Notes under the pieces: generated by a model
Database searches by the model: none
Told to the model about the DNA's origin: nothing
What the model saw: only the letters and a program-made list of their open reading frames with translations
Origin: Octopus sinensis
Taxonomy: Eukaryota
NCBI RefSeq assembly: GCF_006345805.1
Contig: NC_043000.1
Location: 148,180,001-148,244,000 of the forward strand
Reading direction: 5' to 3'
DNA length: 64,000 nt
Position numbers and translations under genes: made by a program
Shown here: positions 63,022-64,000 of the stretch, piece by piece
Layout: each line of letters starts with the position of its first letter
Position numbering within the stretch: the stretch's first letter is position 1

Positions 63022-64000
63022 CTATGAGAACATGTACACACATACCAGCCGAAATGAACTCTTTTTACCTCGCATGCTTTTCCATTTATTAGTTATACAT
63101 ACCAACCGTTGTGGTTTTGGATATATACAAAGGAACGGTAAATAAATATCTCTTTACAACTTCAATCACTGTTCTTCTTTCATCTTACAAACCGTTACAC
63201 TGGCAACCAACACCTTAACAACATCATCATCATCATCATCGTTTAGCATCCGCTTTCCATGCTAGCATGGGTTGGACAGTTCAACTGGGGTCTGTGAAGC
63301 CAGAAGGCTGCACCAAGCCCAGTCTGATCTGGCAGTGTTTTTACAGCTGGATGCCCTTCCTAACGCCAACCACTCCGAGAGTGTAGTGGGTGCTTTTTAT
63401 GCACCACCTGCACAGGTGCCAGACGAGGCTGGCAAACGGCCACGATCGGATGGTGCTTTTTATGTGCCACTGGCATGGGGGCCAGATGAGGCTGGCAACC
63501 ATTACAAATTGGTGACCCTCGAATGAAACGAAGAACTAACCGTTACATATATATATATATATATACATATATATTTTTTACGGAGGAAGGGTTGAGTTGA
63601 TTAAATCGATTCCATTGTACACTTGACTGCTTCTTTATTTTATTGATTCCAGAAGGATGAAAGGCAAAAGTGACCCTGGCAGGATTCAAATTGATAATGT
63701 AAAGTACTCGGATAATTAAAAATGAAGAAATTGAGTAGATAAGACACAGTTCTAGAATTAAGATGAAGGGCAACCTACTGAATGCCCTAAGCAAAGAAAT
63801 TCTTAGTTACTTTAAAAAAGGAGATAGAAAAAAAACACTAACTCATGCCAAGTGTTAGCAACTTTTAAAGAGAAGAGGAGATAAATTCAAGAATTAATTT
63901 TTCAGCTTAATTTACAAGCTTACAGAAAAGGCAGTCTCATTTTAGTCTGCAAGCAAGAGATAAACATGAACATGTTTCTACCCAGTTGACCTCATCAATT

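Noticed and set aside
135-63794. Most ORF-track entries (recurring LQLDALPNANH, RQASFSFRLPNPLTR, HTHTHT, YIYIYI peptides)
   Set aside because: They are translations of SINEs, the RTE-tailed element and microsatellites; no splice or domain support.

Overview
AT-rich, repeat-dense eukaryotic genomic DNA. The SINE, RTE and CR1 families resemble those of Octopus or another coleoid cephalopod (inference; no database search was possible). Three spliced protein-coding genes are supported by GT-AG exons with consistent phase. (1) The 3' part of an amphiphysin/BIN1-family gene on + (linker plus SH3 domain, stop at 14984; BAR exons lie upstream of the window). (2) A complete six-exon GRWD1 (Rrb1 orthologue, about 429 aa) on - at 31093-42405. 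(3) A complete six-exon DTWD2 (tRNA acp3U transferase, about 251 aa) on - at 49446-58154. Most of the rest is mobile DNA: several tRNA-derived SINE families, about 20 copies of an RTE-tailed element with tandem hairpin units, CR1/RTE/CRE LINE relics, non-autonomous Helitrons, piggyBac-like, Tc1/mariner and foldback MITEs, and a Penelope-like terminal repeat with a decayed minimal hammerhead ribozyme. I found no new multi-gene system. The best leads are RNA-structure and TE-exaptation features: a roughly 790 bp foldback in the last amphiphysin intron, inverted repeats bracketing GRWD1 exons 3-4 (circRNA/ADAR architecture), a MITE with NF-kB/NRF1-like sites in the DTWD2 promoter, a 5'-inverted RTE, and the hairpin arrays. 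Exon coordinates were counted by hand; repeat boundaries are approximate.
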